Source of the DNA: a bacterium
Lineage (GTDB): Bacteria > DUMJ01
Length of the DNA: 64,000 nucleotides
Reading direction: 5' to 3'
Assembly: GCA_014360335.1 (NCBI GenBank)
Contig: JACIXS010000100.1
Coordinates: 24,431-88,430, forward strand
Positions 22,440 to 32,952 of the stretch are shown one piece after another (the first letter of the stretch is position 1; the number at the start of each line of letters is the position of its first letter). The notes beneath the pieces are model-generated. The model was not told where the DNA came from and made no database searches. It saw only the letters and a program-made list of their open reading frames with translations. The position numbers and the translations under genes were made by a program.

Positions 22440-24078
22440 AGATGTAGAGGCTATAAGCCATATGCTCATGCTTAAGAGCTGTATGATAGAAAGGGTTGCC
22501 TCTGGTATATATAACTTTTTGCCGTTAGGCTTTCGTGTTCTAAAGAAGATAGAGGATATAATTAGAAGAGAGATGTTAGCGATAGGTGCTCAGGAGGTTC
22601 TTCTTCCAGCACTTCATCCTAGTGAATTATGGAAGATGACTGGAAGGTGGGACGAGTATGGGGAAGAGTTGTTTAAACTTACAGATAGACATAACCGTAT
22701 GATGTGTCTAGGTCCCACCCATGAGGAGATTATAACTGCTCTGGTAAAAGCTAAGATAAACTCTTATAGACAGCTTCCTTTTATGCTTTTTCAGATTCAG
22801 ACAAAGTTTCGAGATGAACCAAGGCCTAGGTTTGGAATTATAAGAAGTAGAGAGTTCATTATGAAAGACCTATATAGTTTTCATGCAGATGAAGAGAGCC
22901 TAAACGAAGGGTATTATAAGGTCTATCAAGCATATAAGAAAATCTTTGATGCGATAGGTTTAGATTATAAGATTGTCGAAGCAGAAAGCGGTCCTATAGG
23001 TGGAGATGTCTCTCATGAGTTTGTAATAATAGCTGAAAGTGGAGAGGATGAGATAGCCTATTGTTCCTCTTGTAGTTATTCTGCTACTACTGAGAAGGCA
23101 GAGTATAAGTCTGTAATAGTAGAAGATAATGAGGAGTTACTGCCGATAGAGAAAGTCTATACTCCAGGTTTGAAGAGTGTAGAAGAGGTGTCCAATTATC
23201 TAAACGTCCCACCGTCTAAGTTAATCAAGACTATTATGATAAAAGCAGATGGTAGGGATATTGCTTTACTAGTGAGAGGAGATAGCGAAGTAAATTTAAA
23301 GAAGATAGAGAAACTTTTAGGTGTTAAAAATGTTTCTCTTATAGAGGATAGTGAGACCTCAGTCCCATTAGGTTTTGTTGGCCCAGTTGGCTTAGGGGGA
23401 ATTGAGATTATAGCTGACCCGGAGATAAAGGGTATAAAGAACGGTGTTGTAGGGGCTAATGAGAAGGACCATCATCTCATGAATGTCAATATTGGTAGAG
23501 ATTTTGAGCCTACTTATTTTCTTCCTATAAGAAAGGCAAAGAGAGGAGACCTATGTCCTAGATGTGGAGGAGAGCTTATTATCTCCAAAGGAATAGAGGC
23601 AGGACATATATTTAAGTTAGGAACAAAATACAGCGAACCTATGGGAGCGGTCTTTCAAACTGCTACAGGGCAGTTAAAGCCTATTATAATGGGGTGTTAT
23701 GGGATAGGAGTAAGTAGGCTTGTTGCTGCCAGTATAGAACAGAATAATGATAAGAATGGTATTATCTGGCCAAGAAATATTGCCCCTTATGAAGTATACA
23801 TACTACCCACAGATTGGACTAATAAGACAATAAGAGATTTTGCGGAAGGTTTATATGACAGGCTTTTACAAAAAGGTTATGAAGTACTATTAGATGATAG
23901 GGATGAAAGGGCAGGGGTTAAATTTATGGATGCCGACCTTTTAGGGATTCCACTACGAATAACTATAGGCAATAAGTTTATAAAATCAGGTATTGTAGAA
24001 CTAAAGAATAGAAGAAGATCAGATATATTAGAGGTTTCTGCCGAAGAGGCTATAGATCGATTAGAAGAGGTATTCTAA
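22393..24078 (+). CDS. proS: Prolyl-tRNA synthetase, bacterial type with an INS editing domain
   Basis: N-terminus MRMSQLF...DVEAISHMLMLKS parallels E. coli ProS (MRTSQYLL...AEVISHQLMLRA). Overlaps the ispG 3' end by 47 nt. Confidence 0.92.
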   Translation: MRMSQLFYYPQKEMPKDVEAISHMLMLKSCMIERVASGIYNFLPLGFRVLKKIEDIIRREMLAIGAQEVLLPALHPSELWKMTGRWDEYGEELFKLTDRHNRMMCLGPTHEEIITALVKAKINSYRQLPFMLFQIQTKFRDEPRPRFGIIRSREFIMKDLYSFHADEESLNEGYYKVYQAYKKIFDAIGLDYKIVEAESGPIGGDVSHEFVIIAESGEDEIAYCSSCSYSATTEKAEYKSVIVEDNEELLPIEKVYTPGLKSVEEVSNYLNVPPSKLIKTIMIKADGRDIALLVRGDSEVNLKKIEKLLGVKNVSLIEDSETSVPLGFVGPVGLGGIEIIADPEIKGIKNGVVGANEKDHHLMNVNIGRDFEPTYFLPIRKAKRGDLCPRCGGELIISKGIEAGHIFKLGTKYSEPMGAVFQTATGQLKPIIMGCYGIGVSRLVAASIEQNNDKNGIIWPRNIAPYEVYILPTDWTNKTIRDFAEGLYDRLLQKGYEVLLDDRDERAGVKFMDADLLGIPLRITIGNKFIKSGIVELKNRRRSDILEVSAEEAIDRLEEVF

Positions 24079-24079
24079 T

Positions 24080-25195
24080 GTGAAGATATTATTTCTTACC
24101 GCTAGTATAGGAACAGGACATAACAAGGCGATAGAGTCTGTAGCTAATGCGTTAAATATAATCTGCCGAGAAAAAGGATTAGAAGATATCGAGTATAAGA
24201 TTGTTGATGTATATAATTACATAAATGTGGCTTTGGGTAAGTTTGTTTCTAAGAGTTATGAGAGGATAGTAAATCTTGCACCAAATCTCTATGGTTATTT
24301 CTACACTTTAGGGGAAGATTCTACCGCTTTAAAGGAATTCCTACACCATATAGGCGTAGGAAGGGTAAAGACCCTTATTGAAGAGTATAATCCAGATATT
24401 ATCGTTTCCTCCCATGAATCTCCCTCAGGCATGGTGGCTAGTCTTAAAAAGGAGCAAGGTTTGAAGACAGAATTAATAGGTATAGTTACTGACTTTAGAG
24501 CCCATCCTTTTTGGGTTTATAATGAGATAGACAAGTATATGGTCCCTAACGAATTTACTAAGAACTACTTAATTAAGGAGGGAATTTCTCCAGAGAAGAT
24601 ATATATTACTGGTATACCAGTAGACTTAAGATTTGCCCAAGAATATGATAAGGCAGAGCTGAAGAGAAGGTTTAATCTTGACCCTGATAAGTTTACTATA
24701 CTTTTAATGGGAAGCTGGCTCGATATAGGCATAGATAGTCTTATAGAAGCCTTAGATAAGGCATCTTTGCCTATTCAGATTATTGCTGTATCGGGTAAGA
24801 ATGAGAGGTTGAAAGAACGCTTAGAAAGGATAAAGAGTAAGACAAATATACCTCTAGTAGTTTTTGGCTTCATCACTAATGTTTATGAAGTTATGCATGC
24901 GTCTGACATAATAATAACAAAACCTGGAGGACTTATCTCCTCTGAAACTTTGGCGTCTGGACTTCCTATGATTATAGTAAATCCAATACCTGGACAGGAA
25001 GAATTTAATGCTATATATCTTACTACCGAAGGTGCTGGGTTAAGGGTAAACAAACTCTCCGAAGTTCCTACCGTAATAGAGTTACTATTGGGAAGTCCAG
25101 AGAGGATTAAGGAAATGTCTAATAATGCTAAGAGGATAGGAAAACCTAGAGCAAGTTTTGAAATAGCAGAGATTATTCTATGCAGAAGGGATTAG
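24080..25195 (+). CDS. Glycosyltransferase of the MGDG-synthase / UgtP (GT28) family; putative glycolipid synthase
   Basis: The N-terminal LFLTASIGTGHNKA motif is typical of the MGDG_synth N-domain, and a GT-B C-domain follows. GTG start. Confidence 0.7.
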   Translation: MKILFLTASIGTGHNKAIESVANALNIICREKGLEDIEYKIVDVYNYINVALGKFVSKSYERIVNLAPNLYGYFYTLGEDSTALKEFLHHIGVGRVKTLIEEYNPDIIVSSHESPSGMVASLKKEQGLKTELIGIVTDFRAHPFWVYNEIDKYMVPNEFTKNYLIKEGISPEKIYITGIPVDLRFAQEYDKAELKRRFNLDPDKFTILLMGSWLDIGIDSLIEALDKASLPIQIIAVSGKNERLKERLERIKSKTNIPLVVFGFITNVYEVMHASDIIITKPGGLISSETLASGLPMIIVNPIPGQEEFNAIYLTTEGAGLRVNKLSEVPTVIELLLGSPERIKEMSNNAKRIGKPRASFEIAEIILCRRD

Positions 25196-25704
25196 TAGAG
25201 GTATATACTGGAGATGGAAAAGGAAAGACTACATCTGCATTTGGACTTGTATTGAGAGCTTTAGGAAGGGGCAAGAAGGTCATTATCTTTCAGTTTATAA
25301 AATCTAGCACCTCTCCATCTGGAGAGGTTATTGCTTTAAGAAAGGCTTTTCCTGAGGTAGAGATCATTCAGGGGGGTAGTGGAAGATTTATAACCACTAA
25401 ACCTACAGAGGAGGATATAGCTCTAGCTAAAGCCCTTTATGAAAGGATTCTTTTGGCTGTCTCATCTGGGAGATACGATATAGTAGTTGTAGATGAGATA
25501 TTCCCAGCATATAATGTTGGACTTATCACTTTGGAAGAGATAATAGGTCTTATAGAGAGAAAGGCTGAGAATACTGAGCTTGTCCTTACTGGTAGGGGAG
25601 CCCCTGAAGAGATAATAAGATTGTCTCATCTTGTCACAGAGATGAGAGATGTCAAACATCCTTATAGAGAGGGGATAAAGGCTAGGATTGGAATAGAATA
25701 TTAA
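25180..25704 (+). CDS. cobO: Cob(I)yrinic acid a,c-diamide adenosyltransferase (CobO/BtuR-type)
   Basis: EVYTGDGKGKTTSAFG P-loop and the hallmark KxxxxxEVxIIQ... regions; 174 aa. Confidence 0.82.
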   Translation: MQKGLVEVYTGDGKGKTTSAFGLVLRALGRGKKVIIFQFIKSSTSPSGEVIALRKAFPEVEIIQGGSGRFITTKPTEEDIALAKALYERILLAVSSGRYDIVVVDEIFPAYNVGLITLEEIIGLIERKAENTELVLTGRGAPEEIIRLSHLVTEMRDVKHPYREGIKARIGIEY

Positions 25705-25721
25705 AAAAGGAGGCGATTCCC

Positions 25722-27287
25722 TTGAATGGGTATTTTATGCTTGTACTCCATACCCATCTTCCTTTTGTCAAAGGAAAAGGTATGTGGCCCTTTGGGGAGG
25801 AGTGGCTCTATGAGGTTATGTATGGTTCTTACATCCCTTTAGTTAAGATGCTAGAAGAGTTATACGAAGATAGTATAATTCCTAATATTACTGTTAGCAT
25901 AACCCCTGTTCTCCTTTCTCAGCTTATAATGCCTGAATGTATAGATGGGTTTAGAAGATACATAGCTAGAAAGATAGAGCTTATAAATGCTGATAGGAAT
26001 TATTTTAAACATACTCAAGAGACAGAACTATTTAACCTCACATTTTATTATAGAGACCTTTTGGAAGAGAGATTGCGATATTTTGAGGAATCTGGTGGTA
26101 ATTTAGTAAAGAAACTCTCACAATTGGCAAAGAGTGGAGCGATAGAACTTATCACTTCCTCCGCTACACATGCCTATCTACCCCTTTTGAAAAATGAAAG
26201 GTCTATAAGACTTCAGCTAAAAGTGGGTAGAGAGGAGCATGTTAATATTATAGGACTTATACCTTATGGGATGTGGCTGCCGGAGTGTGCCTATAGGCCA
26301 GGGCTTGAGAATCTTATGTCTGAAATGGGTTACAGATTCTCATTTTTTGAAGAACATGCCATTCGCGGGGGTAAGGCTTATAGTCCCTATGGAGAAGATG
26401 TAGAATCTAAGGTGCTCCCTAAAGATTACTCTGTATTTAGGCCTTATCATATAAGAGATTCTAACGTATCTGCTTTTGGAAGGGCTGGAGAGCTATCAGG
26501 ACAGATATGGTCTAAGGATTTGGGATATCCTGGGGAGGCTCTTTATAGAGAATTTCATAAACGTAAGGAAGGCTCTGGATTGCAGTATTGGAGAGTTACT
26601 GGTCCTAATGTTAACCTAGGAGCAAAGGAGCCTTATAATCCAGACCTTGCCTTGAAAAAGGTAAAGGAGCACGCTGGGCATTTCCTCTGGAGGTTGGAGA
26701 GGACGATAGAAAATGCGAATGTAGATAATCCTGTTGTAGTAACTCCGTTTGATACTGAGCTCTTTGGTCACTGGTGGTGGGAAGGGGTTGACTTTATAAA
26801 AGAACTGCTTATAAGGATAAATTCTTCAAATCTAGTAAGAACAATAACTCCTAGTAAATATCTTGCCAGTTTTCCTCCCAGAGAATCTATAGATATACCA
26901 GAGTCAAGCTGGGGAGTTGGTGGAGGACATGAAGTTTGGTATAACGAAAATACAAGGTGGATGTGGGAAAAGATATATGAGGTCGAGAATAAGATAGATA
27001 GAGTTTTCTCCAATAGGGATTTCTCTGGTTGGCAGGAGAGGATAGCAGACCAGATAATGAGAGAATTTTTACTCCTTACTAGCTCCGACTGGGAATTTCT
27101 GATATATACAAAATCGGCTGGAGACTATGGTGAGAAGAGGTTTAATGAGCATTTGACTAACATAAAACTACTTTTTGACCTACTTGAGAAATCGGTTTTA
27201 TCTGGTGAAGACAAAGAGTTTATTATAGACTTAGAGAGACGCCATTCTCTATTTCCAAAACATAAACTATGGTCTCTCTGGAGGTGA
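25722..27287 (+). CDS. GH57-family 1,4-alpha-glucan branching enzyme
   Basis: LVLHTHLPFV N-terminus and about 520 aa, the length and architecture of the Thermus/Thermococcus GH57 branching enzymes. TTG start with GGAGG 8 nt upstream. Confidence 0.78.
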   Translation: MNGYFMLVLHTHLPFVKGKGMWPFGEEWLYEVMYGSYIPLVKMLEELYEDSIIPNITVSITPVLLSQLIMPECIDGFRRYIARKIELINADRNYFKHTQETELFNLTFYYRDLLEERLRYFEESGGNLVKKLSQLAKSGAIELITSSATHAYLPLLKNERSIRLQLKVGREEHVNIIGLIPYGMWLPECAYRPGLENLMSEMGYRFSFFEEHAIRGGKAYSPYGEDVESKVLPKDYSVFRPYHIRDSNVSAFGRAGELSGQIWSKDLGYPGEALYREFHKRKEGSGLQYWRVTGPNVNLGAKEPYNPDLALKKVKEHAGHFLWRLERTIENANVDNPVVVTPFDTELFGHWWWEGVDFIKELLIRINSSNLVRTITPSKYLASFPPRESIDIPESSWGVGGGHEVWYNENTRWMWEKIYEVENKIDRVFSNRDFSGWQERIADQIMREFLLLTSSDWEFLIYTKSAGDYGEKRFNEHLTNIKLLFDLLEKSVLSGEDKEFIIDLERRHSLFPKHKLWSLWR

Positions 27288-27292
27288 ATCTT

Positions 27293-28693
27293 ATGAAAGT
27301 ACTTATTGTAGCTAGTGAGGTAAACCCATTTGTAAAAGTAGGGGGACTAGCAGATGTTGCTGGAGCTTTACCAAAGGCTCTTGCTAATCTGGGTTGCGAG
27401 GTATCTATAGTAATGCCAATGTATAGGCAGATAAATCTAGCTGAGTATGAGGTATATGAGTTTATAAAAACTCTAGATGTTCCGCTTGGGTATGGCAATG
27501 AGACTGCAAGTATAAAGAGAGTTTCCTTATCTAAGGATATACATCTGTACCTAATAGATAATGGCGCATATTTTCAAAGGGAAGCTCTATATAACTTTCC
27601 TGATGATCCTAGACGTTTTATCTTTTTCTCCAAAGCTAGCTTTGAGTTGGCTAAGATTTTAGAGCCAGATATAATTCATTGTAATGATTGGCATACCGCT
27701 TTGGTGCCTGGTTATGTGAAATACTATTGGGATAAAAAACAGGTAGGAACACTTTTTTCGATACATAACTTAGCTTATCAAGGTCTCTGTGAAAGAGATA
27801 TGTTTATATATTCTGGTCTACCTGAGGTTGCATTTAACCCTGAGGGAGTGGAATTCTATGGAAAGTTCAACATTATGAAGTCTGGCATAGTCTATAGTGA
27901 TATGATAAATACAGTTAGTCCTACCTATGCCGAAGAGATTAAGACCCCAGAATTTGGCTGTGGTTTGGATGGATTACTAAGGAGTAGGTCAGACGTCTTG
28001 GTCGGTATATTAAATGGGATAGATGAAGATGAGTTTAATCCTCAGATAGATAGATATCTTCCAGTAAGATTTTCGGTTGATTCTTTAGAGAAGAAAGAGG
28101 AAAATAAAAGATTTTTACTTAGTGAATTAGGTCTTATCTATGATAGAAATATTCCAGTAGTAAGTTTTATAGGTAGGCTTTGGGAGCAGAAGGGTATAGA
28201 TATTATTCTTCAAGCTATACCTGAGCTTATGAGTAGAAATATTTATCTAATAATCTTAGGAACAGGTTCTGAATACTATCACCAAGTATTGAGTCAATTT
28301 AAAGAACAATATCCAGATAAGGTCTCAGTAAATTTAAAATTCGATAATAGACTTGCCCATCTCATATATGGAGGTTCTGATTTTCTATTAATGCCATCTA
28401 GGTTCGAACCTTGCGGTTTAGGACAGATGATAGCTATGAAGTATGGGACTATTCCTATAGTTAGGGGTGTTGGTGGACTGAAAGATACCGTAAGAGAAAA
28501 CGACACAGGTTTTGTATTTTTTGATTACACCTATAACGCCCTAATTGAAAGTGTAGATAGGGCAATCAATCTTTATAATGATAGAGACAGACTTGAGAAG
28601 ATGCGTAAGAGGATTATGTTAGAAGACTATTCTTGGGGTAATTCTGCAAAGAAGTATCTAGATGTTTATGATAGAATACTAAAGAAGAGGTGA
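27293..28693 (+). CDS. glgA: Glycogen (starch) synthase
   Basis: GT5 N-terminus EVNPFVKVGGLADV; GGAGGTG RBS 7 nt before the ATG at 27293. Confidence 0.9.
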   Translation: MKVLIVASEVNPFVKVGGLADVAGALPKALANLGCEVSIVMPMYRQINLAEYEVYEFIKTLDVPLGYGNETASIKRVSLSKDIHLYLIDNGAYFQREALYNFPDDPRRFIFFSKASFELAKILEPDIIHCNDWHTALVPGYVKYYWDKKQVGTLFSIHNLAYQGLCERDMFIYSGLPEVAFNPEGVEFYGKFNIMKSGIVYSDMINTVSPTYAEEIKTPEFGCGLDGLLRSRSDVLVGILNGIDEDEFNPQIDRYLPVRFSVDSLEKKEENKRFLLSELGLIYDRNIPVVSFIGRLWEQKGIDIILQAIPELMSRNIYLIILGTGSEYYHQVLSQFKEQYPDKVSVNLKFDNRLAHLIYGGSDFLLMPSRFEPCGLGQMIAMKYGTIPIVRGVGGLKDTVRENDTGFVFFDYTYNALIESVDRAINLYNDRDRLEKMRKRIMLEDYSWGNSAKKYLDVYDRILKKR

Positions 28694-28702
28694 AAAGACT
28701 AG

Positions 28703-29722
28703 ATGTCAGAACTTAGGAAAGACCCTGTTACTAGGAGATGGGTAATAATAGCTACAGAAAGGGCTAGAAGACCTACTGATTTTGCAAAACCTAAGACGGA
28801 AGAAAAGATTCTACCAGAATATGTAGATAATTGCCCTTTTTGTGAAGGGAATGAGTCCCTTACACCTTCTGAACTTATGGCTTATAGGCATGCTGGAACG
28901 CAAAGAGATGGTAAAGGATGGTGGATAAGGGTAATACCAAATAAGTATTCGGCAGTAAGACCGGATACTCCCTTAGAGAGAAGAGGAATCGGGATGTACG
29001 ATGTGGCTACCGGCTATGGCGCACATGAGATTATAATAGAAAGCCCATACCATAACAGAACTATGGCTAATATGTCTGAGAAGGAGATAGAAGAGGTCCT
29101 CTGGGCTTATAGAGATAGAATCTTAGAGCAGGCAAAGAATCCAGATATCAAATACGCCATAATCTTTAAAAATTATGGACCGGAGGCAGGAGCTTCTCTA
29201 GAACATCCACATTCCCAGCTTATAGCTTTACCTGTAGTGCCCAAGAGGGTCTTAGAAGAGTATGAGGGAGCTAGAGATTACTATGCTTATAAAGAGAGAT
29301 GCCCATACTGTGATATTATTAGACAGGATAAGAGTGATGGGGAAAGGGTGATCTATGAGAATGACCTTTTTATAGCTCTTGCCCCATTTGCCTCTCCATC
29401 TCCATATGAAGTGGATATCTTACCTAAACAACATTCATCTACTTTTGAAAAGATAGGTAAGATAGAAATTATGGAACTTGCTAAGATATTCAAGATTATA
29501 TTCTGGGCTCTCTCAGAAGTCCTTAATGACCCTCCTTACAACTTTATACTACACAATATTCCTTTTAGAGGAAATGGAACAGAATTCTTCCACTGGCATT
29601 TTAATCTTGTTCCAAGAATCACTAAACTTGCAGGTTTTGAATTGGGTTCAGGTTTCTATATTAATCCGGTGAAACCAGAAGATTCTGCCAAAGCTCTAAG
29701 GGATAAGATTAATTCTATGTAG
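28703..29722 (+). CDS. GalT-family (HIT superfamily) hexose-1-phosphate nucleotidyltransferase-like protein
   Basis: CPFCEGNE zinc site and an HPHSQ active-site variant of the GalT H-x-H-x-Q motif; 339 aa. Confidence 0.78.
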   Translation: MSELRKDPVTRRWVIIATERARRPTDFAKPKTEEKILPEYVDNCPFCEGNESLTPSELMAYRHAGTQRDGKGWWIRVIPNKYSAVRPDTPLERRGIGMYDVATGYGAHEIIIESPYHNRTMANMSEKEIEEVLWAYRDRILEQAKNPDIKYAIIFKNYGPEAGASLEHPHSQLIALPVVPKRVLEEYEGARDYYAYKERCPYCDIIRQDKSDGERVIYENDLFIALAPFASPSPYEVDILPKQHSSTFEKIGKIEIMELAKIFKIIFWALSEVLNDPPYNFILHNIPFRGNGTEFFHWHFNLVPRITKLAGFELGSGFYINPVKPEDSAKALRDKINSM

Positions 29723-29733
29723 GGGGCTATAGT

Positions 29734-31353
29734 ATGGTTTCGACACTCTATGTTGCATTGGTCTGGCATCATCATCAACCGACATATAAAGACCCAAAAA
29801 CAGGCAAGTATTTACTTCCATGGACTAGGATGCATGCGGTAAAAGACTATTTCTATATGGCTAATCTCCTTGCCTATTTTCCCGATGTTCATTACACAGC
29901 TAATATAACTCCGGTTCTTATTTCTCAGTTAAATGACTATATCTCTAATTATGCAAGTGATGTATATCTAGAAGTGATAAATAAACCCGTGGAAGAGTTA
30001 ACTGCAGATGAGAAAAGACTCTTGATCGAGTATTCGTTTGTGTTGAATCCTGAGTATTTTATAGAACCGTACCCTAATTTTTACTCCATCTATAAAAGGA
30101 TAAATTCTCTTGGTATAGATAGGGCGGTAGAAGAATTGTCAGATCAAGAACTCCTTGACCTTCAGGTTTGGGGACACTTAGTTTGGTTTGATCCCCATTT
30201 TAAAAAGAATGACCCTGTAATAAGGAGACTAATAGAGGAAGAACACTTTACTGAAAGACATAAGAGGCTTGTGATAAGGAAACAGTTAGAAGTGATGAGT
30301 TTGATCCTACTTAGATATAGTGAACTTTTAGACCTAAATCAGGCTGAGATTATTACATCGCCATTTTATCATCCAATACTTCCTCTTCTTATAGATACTA
30401 ATATCGCTAGTTTAACTGGAATAAGTAGTCTACCAAGATTTAATTTCCAATATCCAGATGATGCAAGACTCCAGATGAAATATGCTATAGACCTATATAC
30501 TTCTACCTTTGGAGGAGTTCCAAATGGTATCTGGCCCTCTGAATTGGCTGTAAGCTATGAGGCGTTAAATATTATTAGTTCCCTCGGTTCTAGGTGGGTA
30601 ATAACCGATGAGGATATCTTGGCTAAGACTTTAGGGAAGAGCCTTAGGGGACCTGAAGATAAGCTATTAAATCCAGAAGTTTTATATAGACCTTACTGGC
30701 TAAAGACCCAAAGTGGAAAGTTGATAGTGGTATTTAGAGATAAGTTTTTATCGAATCTAATAAGTTTTTATTATTACAAAATAGATCCTCAGGATGCAGC
30801 TATAGACCTTATAAAGAGGCTAGAAGAGGTAAGATTCAATCTTCCATCCGGTAAAAAGTACCTTGTAGTTATAGCATTAGATGGAGAAAATTGTTGGAAT
30901 TACTATCCTGAGAATGGCTGGAAGTTCCTTACCTCACTCTATATGAGACTTTCAGAGACTGCAGGCTTAAAGCCTGTGACTATTTCAGAATTTATAGAGT
31001 TAGATGGAAATTTTGAGGTATTGACTACAATCTCTCCTGGCTCTTGGATAAATATGTCTTTTGATACCTGGATAGGTGAGCCTGCTACAAACCTAGCATG
31101 GGACTATCTGTGGCAGGTAAGAAAGGAGTTAGAAGATTCAAAAGAAGAGATCAATAGAGAGACTTATGAATCTGCCTTAAGAGAGTTATTTACTGCGGAA
31201 GGAAGTGACTGGTTTTGGTGGTACAATAGTCATCATAGAGTAAAAGAGGAGTGTATATTTGACAAGCTTTTTAGAGCCCATCTTAGGGAGGTGTATATTA
31301 AACTTAATAAGCCTGTTCCACGGTTTATTGATGAACCAATTAAGAAGTCTTAA
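29734..31353 (+). CDS. GH57-family alpha-amylase / 4-alpha-glucanotransferase-like enzyme (AmyC-like)
   Basis: VWHHHQP...DYFYM GH57 N-terminal signature; about 540 aa. Confidence 0.78.
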   Translation: MVSTLYVALVWHHHQPTYKDPKTGKYLLPWTRMHAVKDYFYMANLLAYFPDVHYTANITPVLISQLNDYISNYASDVYLEVINKPVEELTADEKRLLIEYSFVLNPEYFIEPYPNFYSIYKRINSLGIDRAVEELSDQELLDLQVWGHLVWFDPHFKKNDPVIRRLIEEEHFTERHKRLVIRKQLEVMSLILLRYSELLDLNQAEIITSPFYHPILPLLIDTNIASLTGISSLPRFNFQYPDDARLQMKYAIDLYTSTFGGVPNGIWPSELAVSYEALNIISSLGSRWVITDEDILAKTLGKSLRGPEDKLLNPEVLYRPYWLKTQSGKLIVVFRDKFLSNLISFYYYKIDPQDAAIDLIKRLEEVRFNLPSGKKYLVVIALDGENCWNYYPENGWKFLTSLYMRLSETAGLKPVTISEFIELDGNFEVLTTISPGSWINMSFDTWIGEPATNLAWDYLWQVRKELEDSKEEINRETYESALRELFTAEGSDWFWWYNSHHRVKEECIFDKLFRAHLREVYIKLNKPVPRFIDEPIKKS

Positions 31354-31380
31354 GAATAAAGTTTTAGGAGGTGAAGTTTT

Positions 31381-32916
31381 ATGGTTAAGAAATTTTTCAA
31401 TAAGTTAACAGTAACTTTAATGCTGGTCCTGTTTCTTTTATCTCTAATTCCCTCTCTGTCATTTTCTGCTGATACGTTTAGTATTACTATCCTCCATACA
31501 AACGACACCCATGCTCATTTAGAGGAAATTGCCCGTAGGGTTACTCTTATAAGACAGGTTCAAAAGGAGGTAGGTAAGGATAAGGTTCTTCTCTTAGATG
31601 CTGGTGATGTATTTTCAGGAACACCTTATTTTACCATCTATAAAGGTTCTGCTGATGTAAGATTTATGAATTATGCAGGTTATACCGCTATGACACTTGG
31701 AAATCATGAGTTTGATGTGGGACCTAATGTTTTGGCAAGATTTATAGAGAAGGCTAAGTTCCCTATCTTATGTGCCAATTTTGATTTCTCTAAAGAGGAG
31801 GCATTAAAAGATAAGGTGAAAAGCTGGGTAATAGTAGAGAAGGGGGGAGAAAAACTCGGTATCTTTGGTTTGACTACGCCTGAAACTGCAGAGATATCTA
31901 GCCCTGGTAAGAACATAGTCATTAATGACTATGTAGAGATTGCGAAAGCAATGGTAAAAGAATTAGAGTCTAGAGGAATAAATAAAATCATAGCCCTTAC
32001 GCACATAGGATGGGATAATGATGTGAAGTTGGCAAAAGAGGTCGAAGGGATCGATATTATTGTTGGTGGACATTCTCATACACTACCCAAGTCTTATCCA
32101 ACAGTAGTCGCTGATGATAGTACCCCTACTTTAATTGTTCAGGCTAACGAATATGGTAAATACCTTGGACGTCTAGATGTTGTTTTTAATAATACTGGTG
32201 TTATCCAGAGCTGGAAAGGGAATCTAATAACTATTGACAATAAGATTGAAGAAGAATCTCTCTGCAAGATTAAGATTGAGGATTATAAAAAGCCTGTTAC
32301 AAAGATGATGAATGCGGTAGTAGGAGAATCACTGGTTGACCTTGATGGAGATAGAAGTAGAGTAAGGTCTCAGGAGACAAATCTAGCTAATCTTATTACT
32401 GATGCGATGTTAGCTAAGGCAAAGGTTGTAAATGCAGTTATTGCTATTCAAAATGGTGGAGGGATAAGAGCATCTATTCCAAAAGGTAAGGTAACTCTTG
32501 GGCAGATTATGACTGTCCTACCCTTTGGAAATTATCTAGTTGCACTAGACCTTACTGGCCAGCAGATTATAGAGGCGTTAGAAAATGGTGTAAGTCAGGT
32601 AAAAGATTTAGCTGGTAGATTTCCGCAGGTATCTGGTTTGAGGTTTGTTTGGGATTCAAGTGCAGAGATTGGAAAGCGAATCGTTAGTGTAGAAGTAAAG
32701 AATCCAGATGGAACATATCAACCAATCGATCCTTCTAAGACTTATAGAATAGTAACCAATAACTTCTTGGCACAGGGTGGAGATGGTTATACTGTCTTTC
32801 AGAAAGGAACTAACTTTATAAATCTTGGTTTTGTAGATTATGAAGTCTTAAGAGAGTACATTCAGAATAATTCTCCGGTTAATCCACAGATAGAAGGGCG
32901 CATCATTAAGAAGTAA
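31381..32916 (+). CDS. Secreted bifunctional metallophosphatase / 5'-nucleotidase (UshA family)
   Basis: Signal peptide, the calcineurin-like metal motifs (ILHTNDTHAH, GNHEFD), and a C-terminal 5'-nucleotidase domain. Confidence 0.85.
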   Translation: MVKKFFNKLTVTLMLVLFLLSLIPSLSFSADTFSITILHTNDTHAHLEEIARRVTLIRQVQKEVGKDKVLLLDAGDVFSGTPYFTIYKGSADVRFMNYAGYTAMTLGNHEFDVGPNVLARFIEKAKFPILCANFDFSKEEALKDKVKSWVIVEKGGEKLGIFGLTTPETAEISSPGKNIVINDYVEIAKAMVKELESRGINKIIALTHIGWDNDVKLAKEVEGIDIIVGGHSHTLPKSYPTVVADDSTPTLIVQANEYGKYLGRLDVVFNNTGVIQSWKGNLITIDNKIEEESLCKIKIEDYKKPVTKMMNAVVGESLVDLDGDRSRVRSQETNLANLITDAMLAKAKVVNAVIAIQNGGGIRASIPKGKVTLGQIMTVLPFGNYLVALDLTGQQIIEALENGVSQVKDLAGRFPQVSGLRFVWDSSAEIGKRIVSVEVKNPDGTYQPIDPSKTYRIVTNNFLAQGGDGYTVFQKGTNFINLGFVDYEVLREYIQNNSPVNPQIEGRIIKK

Positions 32917-32922
32917 AAGTTA

Positions 32923-32952
32923 GGGGCTCTAATAGAGCCCCTTTATTATTTT
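32923..32952. terminator. GGGGCTCT/AGAGCCCC hairpin followed by a T-run, between two convergent genes
   Basis: Seen directly in the sequence. Confidence 0.55.
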
